Shown: positions 7,960 through 17,372 of the stretch, in pieces | Layout of the letters: each line of letters starts with the position of its first letter | Position numbering within the stretch: the first letter of the stretch is position 1 | DNA from: Candidatus Pacearchaeota archaeon | GTDB taxonomy: Archaea; Nanobdellota; Nanobdellia; Pacearchaeales; GW2011-AR1 | DNA: 62,754 nt | Assembly (NCBI GenBank): GCA_017609285.1 | Contig: JAFCEE010000004.1 | Coordinates: 1 to 62,754, forward strand | Direction of reading: 5' to 3' | Notes under the pieces: generated by a model | Seen by the model: only the letters and a program-made list of their open reading frames with translations | Database searches by the model: none | What the model was told of the DNA's origin: nothing | Position numbers and translations under genes: made by a program

Positions 7960-8177
7960 CCCACCCTGAAAGAAAAATTAAAACTCATGAGGGGCTTTTT
8001 TAGCCCAGCTCGTGCCTCACTTCGTTCGGTCAAGCAACAGTAGATTAAGAGGTAATTTCTTTTTGCTTCGCAAAAAACACTCGGGGTCGTTTCACTCCGC
8101 CCGATCCCTGCGGGTCGCTTAATCGCGATGTTAGTTTCAATAAAAAATCAGCTAAATATAGAAAGGGCTTTGGACTT
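7960..8177 (+). ncRNA. Unclassified GC-rich structured element, copy 2, 5' arm
   Basis: Paralogue of 206-466 (same blocks). Lacks about 40 nt present in copy 1. TATA-like AAAATTAAAT at 7927-7936. Confidence 0.45.
8141..8177. repeat. Left half of two-tier inverted repeat enclosing ORF 8177-8524
   Basis: TAAAAAATCAGC (8141-8152) and AGGGCTTTGGACTT (8164-8177) are perfect reverse complements of 8640-8651 and 8591-8604. Confidence 0.85.
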
Positions 8178-8524
8178 TAACTCATCATAGTAAAAACAGG
8201 TTTATCATACTTAACAGAGTTATCATCATTTACTAAATATTCAAGTTCGGCTCCTCCACCTGAAAGTAGAGCAATATCCTGAAATCTGAGTTTTGCTCTT
8301 GTTTTTTCTGGTCTCGAAAATGAAGTAATTGTAAATCTTCCCATTCTTTGGCCTTCTGAATATTGTTGGAAGATTTTATCAAGACTTGCTTCTGTTTCTA
8401 AATCCTCTGGAACATAAATTCCCATAGGTCTTTTTTCTCTATTATCTCGCAAGTCCCTTAATACATTTCTAAATACTTCTTCATTTTCTTTTGCAGTTTC
8501 ATAATAATCTTGTACGCCGAACAT
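8177..8524 (-). CDS. hypothetical protein (cargo of element copy 2, opposite strand)
   Basis: 115-aa ORF. TATA-like TTTAAATA (plus-strand 8547-8554) about 23 nt upstream of the ATG at 8524. No family recognised. Confidence 0.5.
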   Translation of the reverse strand: MFGVQDYYETAKENEEVFRNVLRDLRDNREKRPMGIYVPEDLETEASLDKIFQQYSEGQRMGRFTITSFSRPEKTRAKLRFQDIALLSGGGAELEYLVNDDNSVKYDKPVFTMMS

Positions 8525-8590
8525 ATTATATGATGATGATAACTAATATTTAAAGTTTTCGGATATTTACTACTAAGAAGTTACCATGAT

Positions 8591-8651
8591 AAGTCCAAAG
8601 CCCTAGAAGTTTTAACTAATGGTGCTTCGCACTCGATATGCTGATTTTTTA
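8591..8651. repeat. Right half of two-tier inverted repeat enclosing ORF 8177-8524
   Basis: AAGTCCAAAGCCCT (8591-8604) and GCTGATTTTTTA (8640-8651). The spacer contains hairpin GTGC-TTC-GCAC. Confidence 0.85.
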
Positions 8652-8814
8652 CTTTGGATTTTTCGGACTTCGTCCGAACGTTGCACTAAAATTCAATCCC
8701 TAACAGGGATTATAACACGGGTTTTATGGTTCGAGCCTTGCAGGCTCTCGGGCTAAAGCCCTCGGAGGACTTAACAGCGATTAGGCGGAAAAATCCTCAG
8801 CTCGGATTTTTCCC
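8591..8814 (+). ncRNA. Unclassified GC-rich structured element, copy 2, 3' arm
   Basis: Homologous to 1313-1392. Hairpins 8664-8676 (CGGAC-TTC-GTCCG), 8696-8710 (ATCCCT-AAC-AGGGAT) and 8733-8747 (GAGCCT-TGC-AGGCTC). Confidence 0.4.
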
Positions 8815-8883
8815 AAATTTCTTACATAAAAATTTTCCTGAAAAAATTTAAATACTTTCTTGTTTAGTGATAAAGAAATAAAA

Positions 8884-9474
8884 ATGAGTACTGACTCATT
8901 AACAGATTTTGAACAAAAAATAGAAAGATATGATGGAAGGAGAAATCTTTTCGAATCTTTTCTTGTTTGTTCTATGCAAAAGGGGAGGAAAGAATTTCCT
9001 ACTATTGAAAAATTTTTGTTATCAGAATTGATTAATGGTGTTGTAACATATGTCGGAGGAAAAGTTGAACAAGTAGATTATTGGGCATATTATTTTGGAG
9101 ATGGGGGATTGGAGGAAAAATTAGTTAAAGAAATTTTTCAAAGAGAAATGACAGAAGAGAGAAGGAAGAAAATTCAGCCAAAAATAATGAGGGCTATAGA
9201 TAAGATGATAAATTATTCTTATGTTAGTCCATCTGGTCTTTCTTTTGATACTTTCCCTTACTGTGAGGTATATGGTTTTGCTGGAGATATTTTTGGAGTT
9301 CCAAAACCAATCAGTTATTTAACAGATAATGTTATAAACAGAGCTGATGAAATGCTTACTTCATTAAAAGAACAAGAGAGAGAAAATGTCTACGGAATAG
9401 GAAGAGTTATGAGGCCTTTTATTGAACAAGATATAGACTACATAAAAAGAGTATATTTTTGGCGAAAGTTTTAA
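8884..9474 (+). CDS. hypothetical protein
   Basis: ORF-track frame 8860-9474. First ATG is at 8884, about 30 nt after A/T-rich box 8841-8855. No family recognised. Confidence 0.5.
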   Translation: MSTDSLTDFEQKIERYDGRRNLFESFLVCSMQKGRKEFPTIEKFLLSELINGVVTYVGGKVEQVDYWAYYFGDGGLEEKLVKEIFQREMTEERRKKIQPKIMRAIDKMINYSYVSPSGLSFDTFPYCEVYGFAGDIFGVPKPISYLTDNVINRADEMLTSLKEQERENVYGIGRVMRPFIEQDIDYIKRVYFWRKF

Positions 9475-9513
9475 AAAGCAACTATCTTTCTTTTATTTTT
9501 ATAATATTGTTTT

Positions 9514-9858
9514 TTATATAGGAACAGATTCTGATTCTAAATCAGGGTCAGAATCCATATGCTTTTCTTTTAATTCCCTCACTCTAAAATAAAATGTTTC
9601 ATCAAAAGGATTTGTTCTTGCTGCGATTAAATCAACTTTATCTTGTAATGTTTTTTTTCTTCCGTACCCTTCTGGTGATGGATATTTTTTATCAATTTTC
9701 TCCATATATGTTCTATAAAAACTTTCAGGTGTTAATTTTCCTCCAGATACTCCTATTTCTACTAATATCTCTCTTAAAAGAGTGGAATATATTATATCCT
9801 TATCTATAATTGATAGTTCCTCTATTGTTGGCATAATTTTATCATCTCGGCTTTTCAT
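9514..9858 (-). CDS. hypothetical protein
   Basis: 114-aa ORF with balanced composition; no family recognised. Confidence 0.45.
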   Translation of the reverse strand: MKSRDDKIMPTIEELSIIDKDIIYSTLLREILVEIGVSGGKLTPESFYRTYMEKIDKKYPSPEGYGRKKTLQDKVDLIAARTNPFDETFYFRVRELKEKHMDSDPDLESESVPI

Positions 9859-10233
9859 TTTGTGTAATTAAAATACCTTTTGCATAATTGAATTTATTAA
9901 ATTAAACTGGAAAAAGCCAGTAAACTTAATAAGAACATTAATCCTGGTTTTCTTATGTTTTTAAATATTTCTGTTAATCTTCTTTATACTAATATGTCTA
10001 AAAAATCTCCTATTTTGTTTTGTTTTTTTACTCTGCCTTGGCCATCATAAATATTGAATTCCTGTTGTTTTTGTGTAGAACTTCTTGTATCCCCATATTT
10101 TATTAATTTTTCAATTGGTTGAATTATAGTTTCGGAGTTATTACTAGGAATATTTCTTATTTTAGCAGAATAGATTATTCTAATCTCCATATTTTTTGTT
10201 AATAAATCAGTTTTAAAACACTTCTTATTTGAT

Positions 10234-10863
10234 TTATATCTCAATTATCTTGCCTTTCCTCCCTACATTTATCACTTTTGTTTTCCCAATTTTCTCTTCA
10301 ATACCTTCAGCTTCATGTATATGCGAATGAATAGCTAAATCTGGTTGAAATTTTTCTATAGCTTTCCTTATCCCTTCACTTCCTTTGAATCCGGAAAATT
10401 CTGATTTTGTTTTAGAAGGATGCATATGAGTTACCATTATTTTCTTTCTTACATCTTTTAAAGAATCGTGCCCTTTTTTTAAAGTAGAGAAAATTTCTTT
10501 TTCTGTTCCTTCTACACCGCTTGCTCCAAATATTCCTACCCTCTTATATTTTACAGAATAGCCATGAATATTCTTCATGCCATAAAGTTCAGCAAGAAAA
10601 TCAACAGTAGCTATACTATCCCAGTTTCCAGGAATAAGGAGAACTTTTTTATGTTTTTCTTTGAACGGCCTAACTAAATTTGGAGTTTCTATAGGGGAAG
10701 TAATGTCGCCAGCAAGGATAACTAAATCTACTTTTTTCTTACTTGCTTTTTCAGCTAACTTCTTCACCAAGCCTGTATCACCGTGAATATCCCCTACTGC
10801 TAAAATTTTAAGTTTCTTTCTTGCTTGTTTTCCAGTTTGCTTTTTTCTTGCTGGTTTTTTCAT
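10234..10863 (-). CDS. metallophosphoesterase (calcineurin-like)
   Basis: Motifs GDIHGD, GDITS, GNWD, HMHP, HSHIHE. Confidence 0.8.
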   Translation of the reverse strand: MKKPARKKQTGKQARKKLKILAVGDIHGDTGLVKKLAEKASKKKVDLVILAGDITSPIETPNLVRPFKEKHKKVLLIPGNWDSIATVDFLAELYGMKNIHGYSVKYKRVGIFGASGVEGTEKEIFSTLKKGHDSLKDVRKKIMVTHMHPSKTKSEFSGFKGSEGIRKAIEKFQPDLAIHSHIHEAEGIEEKIGKTKVINVGRKGKIIEI

Positions 10864-10935
10864 AACTAATTAAAAGAATATGAATTTATAAATGTTGTTT
10901 TAAGATTAAAGAAAAATATAGTATAAGAGAATTAT

Positions 10936-12198
10936 TTATTTTTCTGTTTTTATAACTTTAAAGCCAGTATATTTCCATAAACAGCTTGGAATTTTTATGC
11001 TTCCATCTTTTTGCAAGAAATTTTCTACTAAACAGGTTATCATTCTTTCTGTTGCTATTGCTGTACTATTTAGAGTATAGACAAATTTTAATTCATTTTT
11101 ATCCGGAAATTTTATATTGCTTCTTCTTGCTTGGTAATCTAAACAATTTGAGCAAGAACCTAATTCCCTATATTCGCCTTGGCTAGGGTAGTAACCTTCT
11201 AAATCAATTGTTTTGGTGGAGGTTTTAGAAGTATCGCCAGCTGCTAGCAACACGGTTCTAAATGGGATTCCTAATTTTTTATACATCTCTACTGAATTTT
11301 TTAATATTAAGTCAAATTCTTTCCAACTATCCTCTGGTTTTGAAAAAACAAACTGCTCAACTTTTTCAAACTGATGTGTCCTGAAGATGCCTTTAGTGTC
11401 TTTTCCATGAGCCCCCGCTTCTCTTCTAAAACAAGGAGAGATGGCAGCTAATCTTAATGGCAGTTCTTTCTGACTGAGGACCTCATTAAACTTGTAAGCA
11501 TTTAAAGCATGTTCTGCTGTTCCTATTAAATAGAGGTCTTCAGTTTCTACTTTATAGATAGCATCTTTGAATGTATCAAGGGTAACTGCTCCTTCTAATA
11601 CCTGTTTTTTTAACATATACGGCGGCTGTATTAAATTAAAGTCTTTTTTTCTTAAAAAATCAAGAGCAAAATTTATTAAAGAAAGATTTAATTTTACTAA
11701 CTCATTCTTTAAATAATAAAATCTACTTCCAGCAACCTCAGAAGCTTTTTTAGTATTTATTAAGCCAAGATTTTCAAGTAACTTTGCATGTCCTTCTTTT
11801 AATTTTTTTCTTGCTACACCATATTTTTTAATCACCTTATTTTTAGCTTCATCTCCTGCAGGGACATCATCATTTACAATATTCGGAATCTCCCTCCAAA
11901 GTTCAAGCCTTTTCCTTCCTATATCCTCAAGGCTTTTTTCTTTTTCCAATAATTTTTTAGGAATTTCCTTTGCTTCTTTTATTAAACTATTTATACTTTT
12001 TCCACTTTTCTTAGCTAAATTAATTTCTTGGCTTATCTTATTTCTTCTCGCTCTTAAATTATCTACTTCAACTTTTAGGATTCTCCACTTGTTATCTATT
12101 TTTAGAAAATTATCTACAATTATTTCTGGCAATAATCTTTTTTTTAAACTCTTTTTTACTTCTTCTGGCTTCCCTCTCAGCAGATTTATGTCTAACAT
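10936..12198 (-). CDS. serS: seryl-tRNA synthetase
   Basis: N-terminal coiled-coil arm plus class II core (FRREAGAHGKDTKGIFRTHQFEKVE...). Confidence 0.95.
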   Translation of the reverse strand: MLDINLLRGKPEEVKKSLKKRLLPEIIVDNFLKIDNKWRILKVEVDNLRARRNKISQEINLAKKSGKSINSLIKEAKEIPKKLLEKEKSLEDIGRKRLELWREIPNIVNDDVPAGDEAKNKVIKKYGVARKKLKEGHAKLLENLGLINTKKASEVAGSRFYYLKNELVKLNLSLINFALDFLRKKDFNLIQPPYMLKKQVLEGAVTLDTFKDAIYKVETEDLYLIGTAEHALNAYKFNEVLSQKELPLRLAAISPCFRREAGAHGKDTKGIFRTHQFEKVEQFVFSKPEDSWKEFDLILKNSVEMYKKLGIPFRTVLLAAGDTSKTSTKTIDLEGYYPSQGEYRELGSCSNCLDYQARRSNIKFPDKNELKFVYTLNSTAIATERMITCLVENFLQKDGSIKIPSCLWKYTGFKVIKTEK

Positions 12199-12267
12199 AC
12201 CTATTTTACTTTAAGTTTATATTTAAATCTTGCGAAGATTTATTAATACCTTAGTTTTTTATTAGGT

Positions 12268-12993
12268 ATGAGAAATGGTGAAAAAATTATAAGGTTAGCA
12301 AAAAAAAGAATGCAAGGAATGTTATTCTCTGTTTTGGATTATAACTCCTCCTTTTCTTTAAATAAAGAACAGGGGTTGTTACTTCAGAAAATACTGTTTG
12401 CTATGTCTATTATAGACAGGAAGTTTTTTTATGAAGGTAAAGAAGCATATGCAGATTATGCCTTGCCAATAGGAGAGGGCCAGACAATTTCTCAGCCATC
12501 AACTGTTGTGAGAATGTTAGTCTTGGCAAAATTGAAAGAAGGAGATGATGTTTTAGAGGTAGGAACAGGAAGTGGTTGGAATGCTTCTCTTATAGCTTTC
12601 ATTGTTTATCCCGGACATGTTACAAGTGTGGAGAGAGTAAATGTCTTGAAGGAAAGGGCTGAGAGTAATCTTTCTGCTCTGAGAAATCATTTAAAGCAGA
12701 AATCTCCTCAAGATGTACAAAAGATAGGAAAAATAAACTTTTATGCAGAAAATATTTTTGTTAAGGGAAAAGCATGGAAAAAGAGATATGATAAAATTAT
12801 TATAACTGCTGGCATTGAGGTTGGAGAAGAAAAGAAAATAGAATTTTTAGCAAGAAGATTGTTAAAGCAGGGAGGTTTATTAATATGTCCTTATGTGTAT
12901 GGACCTTTAATGATTTATAAAAAAGAAAAACATGGGAAATTAAAAAAAGAAGAAACTGAGGAAAGTTATGTTTTTGTGCCTTTGTTAAAATGA
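12268..12993 (+). CDS. pcm: protein-L-isoaspartate O-methyltransferase
   Basis: GQTISQPSTVVRML...VLEVGTGSGWNASL SAM-binding motifs. Confidence 0.85.
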   Translation: MRNGEKIIRLAKKRMQGMLFSVLDYNSSFSLNKEQGLLLQKILFAMSIIDRKFFYEGKEAYADYALPIGEGQTISQPSTVVRMLVLAKLKEGDDVLEVGTGSGWNASLIAFIVYPGHVTSVERVNVLKERAESNLSALRNHLKQKSPQDVQKIGKINFYAENIFVKGKAWKKRYDKIIITAGIEVGEEKKIEFLARRLLKQGGLLICPYVYGPLMIYKKEKHGKLKKEETEESYVFVPLLK

Positions 12994-13475
12994 AAATTTT
13001 AGTTATTATAATAGTTGCATTATTGGGTTTGATATCTATCGTTACTCTTCTTTTAGTTCCGAGTCAACAGATATCTATGCAACAAAACATTCCTGATATT
13101 AATAAGAGTGTAGTTGGAGAGCAGCAGATAAATTTAATTTTGTATTCGCTGAAGGCATATGAGTTGCATAATCCTCCCCTGTCTGGAAATACTCCAAAAA
13201 TAGAGTTTGTTATAGATGGAGAAATTTATGGTAGCGAAATTGTTAAGGGTGAGATAATAACTGTTAAAGGCAGGAAAGGGGAACCGGATATTAGAATAAT
13301 TATGTCTGGCGAGGAATTTTTGAATATTTTAAAATCAGATTCTAAGCTGTATTTTCAAGAATCATTAAAACAGGGCAAGACAAAAATTGAACTTTTAGCT
13401 GGGAAAACAGAATTATTCACTAAGGGCTATCTTTCTCTATATAAGGAGATTACTGGGAAAAATTTTCCAGTATAG
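12990..13475 (+). CDS. hypothetical membrane-anchored protein
   Basis: N-terminal TM; 4-nt overlap with pcm. Confidence 0.45.
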   Translation: MKILVIIIVALLGLISIVTLLLVPSQQISMQQNIPDINKSVVGEQQINLILYSLKAYELHNPPLSGNTPKIEFVIDGEIYGSEIVKGEIITVKGRKGEPDIRIIMSGEEFLNILKSDSKLYFQESLKQGKTKIELLAGKTELFTKGYLSLYKEITGKNFPV

Positions 13476-13578
13476 CTTTTTGTGTTTCTGCCTAGTAGTT
13501 AATTTTATTAATCGAAAAGTTTAAAAATATATAATTTAATATATAGTTTAGAATATACATAATAGACTGAGGGAAAAA

Positions 13579-13845
13579 ATGAAAGATAATTTTGATATCT
13601 TTTTTAGAAGAAAGCCAGCTTTAATGTTGATAGCTCTAAAAAAGGTTTCAAGGGCGAGGTATGGAAGTATTTTGGCTAAAGAGGTTGATTGTACATATAG
13701 TCATGCTGTTAAGATATTACAGACTTTAGAAAAATTAGGTTTAGTTACTTTTGAAAAAAAAGGGAGGACAAAGTTAATTAAGCTGACAAAAAAAGGTCTG
13801 GAAATTGCCGATAATATTGAAAATATAAAGAGAATTGTTGGTTAA
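13579..13845 (+). CDS. winged-helix DNA-binding protein
   Basis: 88 aa; HTH-wing pattern ...SILAKEVDCTYSHAVKILQTLEKLGLVTFEKKGRTKLIKLT. Confidence 0.55.
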   Translation: MKDNFDIFFRRKPALMLIALKKVSRARYGSILAKEVDCTYSHAVKILQTLEKLGLVTFEKKGRTKLIKLTKKGLEIADNIENIKRIVG

Positions 13846-13963
13846 TTATTATTAGGCCCGCTCACTTATAGCCCGCATATTTAAAATAAAATTCTCACCA
13901 CTCTATGCTCTTCTCGCACAAAGACTCATAAATATTTAATATCAATAAAAATTTGTCTCGTCT

Positions 13964-14542
13964 CTATGCTCGACCTTTACTTTCTCCAAAATATACACCA
14001 GAAGCAATAATATGAGCTACTCTTAATGGTTCAGGAATTGTTGAATGTAGAGAAGTTAATTTTAAAATCTTTTCAGCTTTTTTTAAGGATATACCCGCTA
14101 ACTGAATATAAAGATTTTTTCTATTTACATTTGAATTATGGATTTTGCCAGCTTTTCTTATTATCTTTTCACCTTTTTTATTTATTTTTTTTAGAGCTTT
14201 AAGAAATTTTTTCATTTCTGGTTTTTTTCTCATTACTATAATGACTGGCAATTTTGTTTTTTTGCTAACTTCTTTAATGTCCACAAGATTGAAACCCGCA
14301 AGAGTTATACCGTCTATCATTATAATTTGAAGTTGGTCTTTATGTTTTGTTTTTTTAATTGTTTGAATAATTTTTTTTGTCGCATCTCTTCCATCTCTTT
14401 TTATTTTAAAAGAGAGCAAGCCGTCAATATAACTTCCCCCTCTATAAACTACTCCTATACACAATACATTTTTATCTTTTCTTGTGTAAGGAGAGTCATC
14501 TATTCCTAAAATTCTGATTTCTTTTTTTACTACTTTTTTCAT
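13964..14542 (-). CDS. DUF99/UPF0215 family protein (EndoV-like fold)
   Basis: ILGIDDSPY...GVVYRGG.YIDG...DG.DAT pattern typical of archaeal DUF99. Confidence 0.65.
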   Translation of the reverse strand: MKKVVKKEIRILGIDDSPYTRKDKNVLCIGVVYRGGSYIDGLLSFKIKRDGRDATKKIIQTIKKTKHKDQLQIIMIDGITLAGFNLVDIKEVSKKTKLPVIIVMRKKPEMKKFLKALKKINKKGEKIIRKAGKIHNSNVNRKNLYIQLAGISLKKAEKILKLTSLHSTIPEPLRVAHIIASGVYFGESKGRA

Positions 14543-14543
14543 A

Positions 14544-15218
14544 TTACCTACTCTTTAATACACCAACTTTTTTACAATATTTGTTTATAGGACATTTACT
14601 ACAAAGAGGACTTCTTGGCTTACAAATAGTTTGGCCATGCAAAACAAATAAACTATTGAATTCTCTCCAGTATTTTTTTGACAAAATTTTCTCAAGCTCC
14701 TTTTCTGTTTGTTCTGGTGTTTTTGTTTTTATCCAACCTAATCTGTTTGGAATTCTGTGGCAGTGTATATCTATTGGTAGTGCTAACTTGTTGAAAGCAA
14801 AATTTAAAACTATGTTAGCTGTTTTTCTTCCTATACCTTTAATACTAAGAAGTTCTGATTCTGTATCTGGAACTTTTCCTTTATATTTTTTTAATATAAC
14901 TTCAGAAACAGATTTTATAGTACGAGCTTTATTTTTATAAAAGCCAGACGAGTAGATTAATTTTTCTAATTTTTTGATAGGCAAGTTAGCTATTTTCTTT
15001 GGCGTATCTGCAACACTAAACAATTTTTTAGAAACAATTTCTGTATTTTTATCTTTAGTTCTAAGTGAGAGAAGACAAGCAATTAAAGTTTTGAATGCCT
15101 TTTCCTTATCCTTAGTTTGAGAAGTTCTTCTTATTGTTGGTTTTCTATGTTTTTTGTAATAATTCTCTAATGTATTTATTGCCTTCGCTATTTCTTGTTT
15201 TTTTACTGTTTTTTTCAT
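14544..15218 (-). CDS. nth: endonuclease III
   Basis: HhH-GPD core (GIGRKTANIVL) and C-terminal 4Fe-4S Cys cluster CKPRSPLCSKCPINKYC. Confidence 0.9.
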   Translation of the reverse strand: MKKTVKKQEIAKAINTLENYYKKHRKPTIRRTSQTKDKEKAFKTLIACLLSLRTKDKNTEIVSKKLFSVADTPKKIANLPIKKLEKLIYSSGFYKNKARTIKSVSEVILKKYKGKVPDTESELLSIKGIGRKTANIVLNFAFNKLALPIDIHCHRIPNRLGWIKTKTPEQTEKELEKILSKKYWREFNSLFVLHGQTICKPRSPLCSKCPINKYCKKVGVLKSR

Positions 15219-15561
15219 TTTTTAAAAAACTGGAAATACCTTCAATATGGCTTATATTTAATTTTAAAAGCAAGTTTCTAAGAGTATTATCAAGATGGAC
15301 TCTTCTCTTACTTAATTCTGATTTTATAAGCAAATAGAGTTTCTTCCCTCTTTTGTCAAAATCTGTTAAAATACAAATTTTTTTTCTGCCAGCAAGATTT
15401 TCAATTTCCTCTATTTTTTCACATATAGTTTTAGATGTTTCATGAATCATGAAAATATTTTTGAAACCTAATTCTTGTAAGGCTTTTTTGTCTTTTTTAC
15501 CTTCTACAACAACAAGCATATCTTTTGCTTTTTCAATTTCTTTTTCTATATTCTTAGTCAT
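15145..15561 (-). CDS. Toprim domain protein
   Basis: VVVEGKKDKKAL...ILTDFDKRGKKL Toprim motifs. The 3' end overlaps the nth start by 74 nt. Confidence 0.6.
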   Translation of the reverse strand: MTKNIEKEIEKAKDMLVVVEGKKDKKALQELGFKNIFMIHETSKTICEKIEEIENLAGRKKICILTDFDKRGKKLYLLIKSELSKRRVHLDNTLRNLLLKLNISHIEGISSFLKNEKNSKKTRNSEGNKYIRELLQKT

Positions 15562-15570
15562 TCTTCAGTT

Positions 15571-16077
15571 TTAATCTATCTTTTTTAAATCCTTTTTTAT
15601 TACCTCAATAATTTCTTCTTGTTCTTTTGTTGGATATTTTCTTTTTATTTTTCCTTTAATAAACTCTCTTACTTTTCCTGTTTCTTCACTTAAAGTGTAT
15701 ACTGAAGCTTTTGTTGTTGATGAGGTAGCTAAAGCTGCAATATGTCTTGCGCAAAATTCTGGTTCTATTTCTTCCTTATCTATACTAAAAAGGCTGACAT
15801 TTAGATATACTGGGGGGCTGTAAATATAACCTTTTTTGTCTATCAAAACTGCTCCATCCTCACCAACCTTTTTTAATATTTCTCTAGCATTTTCAGAGCT
15901 GATATAGGCAATTTCATTAAAATCTTTAAATTCTTTTTTCTTTCCTAAAGGATATGCTCCTCTTGCCAAGACATTTGGCAAATCTGAATAAACTACAAGG
16001 AGACCATTATGATTTTTACTTTCACTTATTTCTTTAAGCATTTCAAAAATTTTATTTCTTATTTCTGTTTTTCTCAT
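15571..16077 (-). CDS. diadenylate cyclase (DAC/DisA_N) domain protein
   Basis: DGAVLID, ARHIAALATS (RHR-like) and LSEETGKV motifs. Confidence 0.6.
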   Translation of the reverse strand: MRKTEIRNKIFEMLKEISESKNHNGLLVVYSDLPNVLARGAYPLGKKKEFKDFNEIAYISSENAREILKKVGEDGAVLIDKKGYIYSPPVYLNVSLFSIDKEEIEPEFCARHIAALATSSTTKASVYTLSEETGKVREFIKGKIKRKYPTKEQEEIIEVIKKDLKKID

Positions 16078-16155
16078 TCTGGCCGGAGCCCTTGCTTCTA
16101 CTTCTTTTTTATTAAGAAAAAGAAGTTTTTATATTTTGTCTAAAAAAACAGAAAG

Positions 16156-16230
16156 TGGACCTGGAGGGATTTGAACCCTCGACACCCAGATTAAGAGTCT
16201 GGTGCTCTAACCAGGCTGAGCTACAGGTCC
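16156..16230 (-). tRNA. tRNA-Lys (CUU)
   Basis: Hand-folded cloverleaf: GGACCTG/CAGGTCC acceptor, GCTC/GAGC D stem, CCAGA-CTCTTAA-TCTGG anticodon arm, GAGGG-TTCAAAT-CCCTC T arm, discriminator A. Confidence 0.9.
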
Positions 16231-16382
16231 TTGAACGAAGAGGCGAGACTAACTTTTTTAACCATCCACGAGCCTCTGCGAGTATATAACTCAAAAGATA
16301 TTCTTCATTTAAATATTTTTAGAAATCTATTTGTACTCTCTACTCAAGCACAGATAACCCAATAACACAACAAACATTACTG

Positions 16383-16691
16383 TTATCTGTACTCTCGCCA
16401 CGTATGTTTACATTTCGTACATCTATAGAAACGGGTTTCTGCTTCATCTGCAGCACGAGTTTGAGCAGACCAGAAATAAGCTTCTCTATTTCCACATTTT
16501 GGACATGTTTCAGTTGTGGTTGGAAAAACATCTGTATCCTTGTCTTTAATAATACCAACTTCTTGTTTTTTAGCAATTTTTTCACTTGCTTCTATTTTAA
16601 CTTTTTTCTTAGCAACATAATTGCATTTTGCACATCTATATTTTTTATTCTTTTCGATTAAAACAGAACCACATTTTGGACAAAATTCCAT
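16383..16691 (-). CDS. tfs: transcription factor S (RpoM/TFIIS-like)
   Basis: Two Zn ribbons: CPKCGS...CAKC and CPKCGNREAYFWSAQTRAADEAETRFYRCTKCKHTW. Confidence 0.9.
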   Translation of the reverse strand: MEFCPKCGSVLIEKNKKYRCAKCNYVAKKKVKIEASEKIAKKQEVGIIKDKDTDVFPTTTETCPKCGNREAYFWSAQTRAADEAETRFYRCTKCKHTWREYR

Positions 16692-16754
16692 TATGGCTGT
16701 TATTTTTGACTATATTTAAACTTTACTATTTTTGTTTTATAACAAAAAGAAAAA

Positions 16755-17372
16755 TTATCTAAGGTTTTGGAAAAGCTTGACAAAAGCAAGTTTGACCCAC
16801 CCTAAAAAAGGAATTCTAAATACAGCTTTTCCTATTACAGCATTTTCAGGTATGGATTTTTCAATAGAGAGTTGTCCAGAATTATTGTCACCTTTTGTTT
16901 CATAGTAAACTTTTCCATTAATTTCTTTAATTTTAACTATCCTATGGATAATTGGATGTTTTTTTCCAGCTTCGAATATAATTATATCTCCTACTTTAAG
17001 ATTGTCTTTTCTTGAAACCACTACAATATCACCCATTTCAAGACCTGTTTTTAAAGGCCATTTTTCAGCTTCTGTTTTGTTTAGTCCCATGTTAAAATAC
17101 CATTTACTTTCCTCTTTCCACCAAATTTCAAAATTATCTTCTAAACCAATAACATTACCTATAAAAGAGCCTGGATGATGCATGCTTCCACTCTCAACTA
17201 CAACCAGGGGCATACTTGTACCTAGAAAGAGAGAAAGAAAAGGAAAGAAAATAAACTTTACTATGATAAAAGCTAAAATTAAAGAGAATAACCAACTAAG
17301 CAGTGAGTCATCTTTCCATAAAAAATCCCATATTTTTTTTGCTATTTGTTTAATTGTCATCTTTTTATACAT
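16755..17372 (-). CDS. signal peptidase I (archaeal Sec11-type)
   Basis: N-terminal TM; ESGSMHH (Ser box), GDIIIF...HRIV, TKGDNN. Confidence 0.8.
   Translation of the reverse strand: MYKKMTIKQIAKKIWDFLWKDDSLLSWLFSLILAFIIVKFIFFPFLSLFLGTSMPLVVVESGSMHHPGSFIGNVIGLEDNFEIWWKEESKWYFNMGLNKTEAEKWPLKTGLEMGDIVVVSRKDNLKVGDIIIFEAGKKHPIIHRIVKIKEINGKVYYETKGDNNSGQLSIEKSIPENAVIGKAVFRIPFLGWVKLAFVKLFQNLR

Noticed and set aside
424-8141. CRISPR-like reading: on the minus strand GATGTTAGTTTCAAT gives ATTGAAAC, the typical 3' end of many CRISPR repeats
   Set aside because: There are only three dispersed occurrences (424-434, 1506-1520, 8127-8141), with no regular repeat-spacer periodicity and no cas genes in the window.
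9984-10244. 86-aa minus-strand ORF
   Set aside because: It has low-complexity composition, overlaps the metallophosphoesterase stop and matches no recognisable family. It may be real from the internal Met, but it is unsupported.
16340-16585. 81-aa ORF overlapping tfs; also 16112-16294 overlapping tRNA-Lys
   Set aside because: These are alternative-frame or antisense shadows of a well-supported gene and a tRNA.
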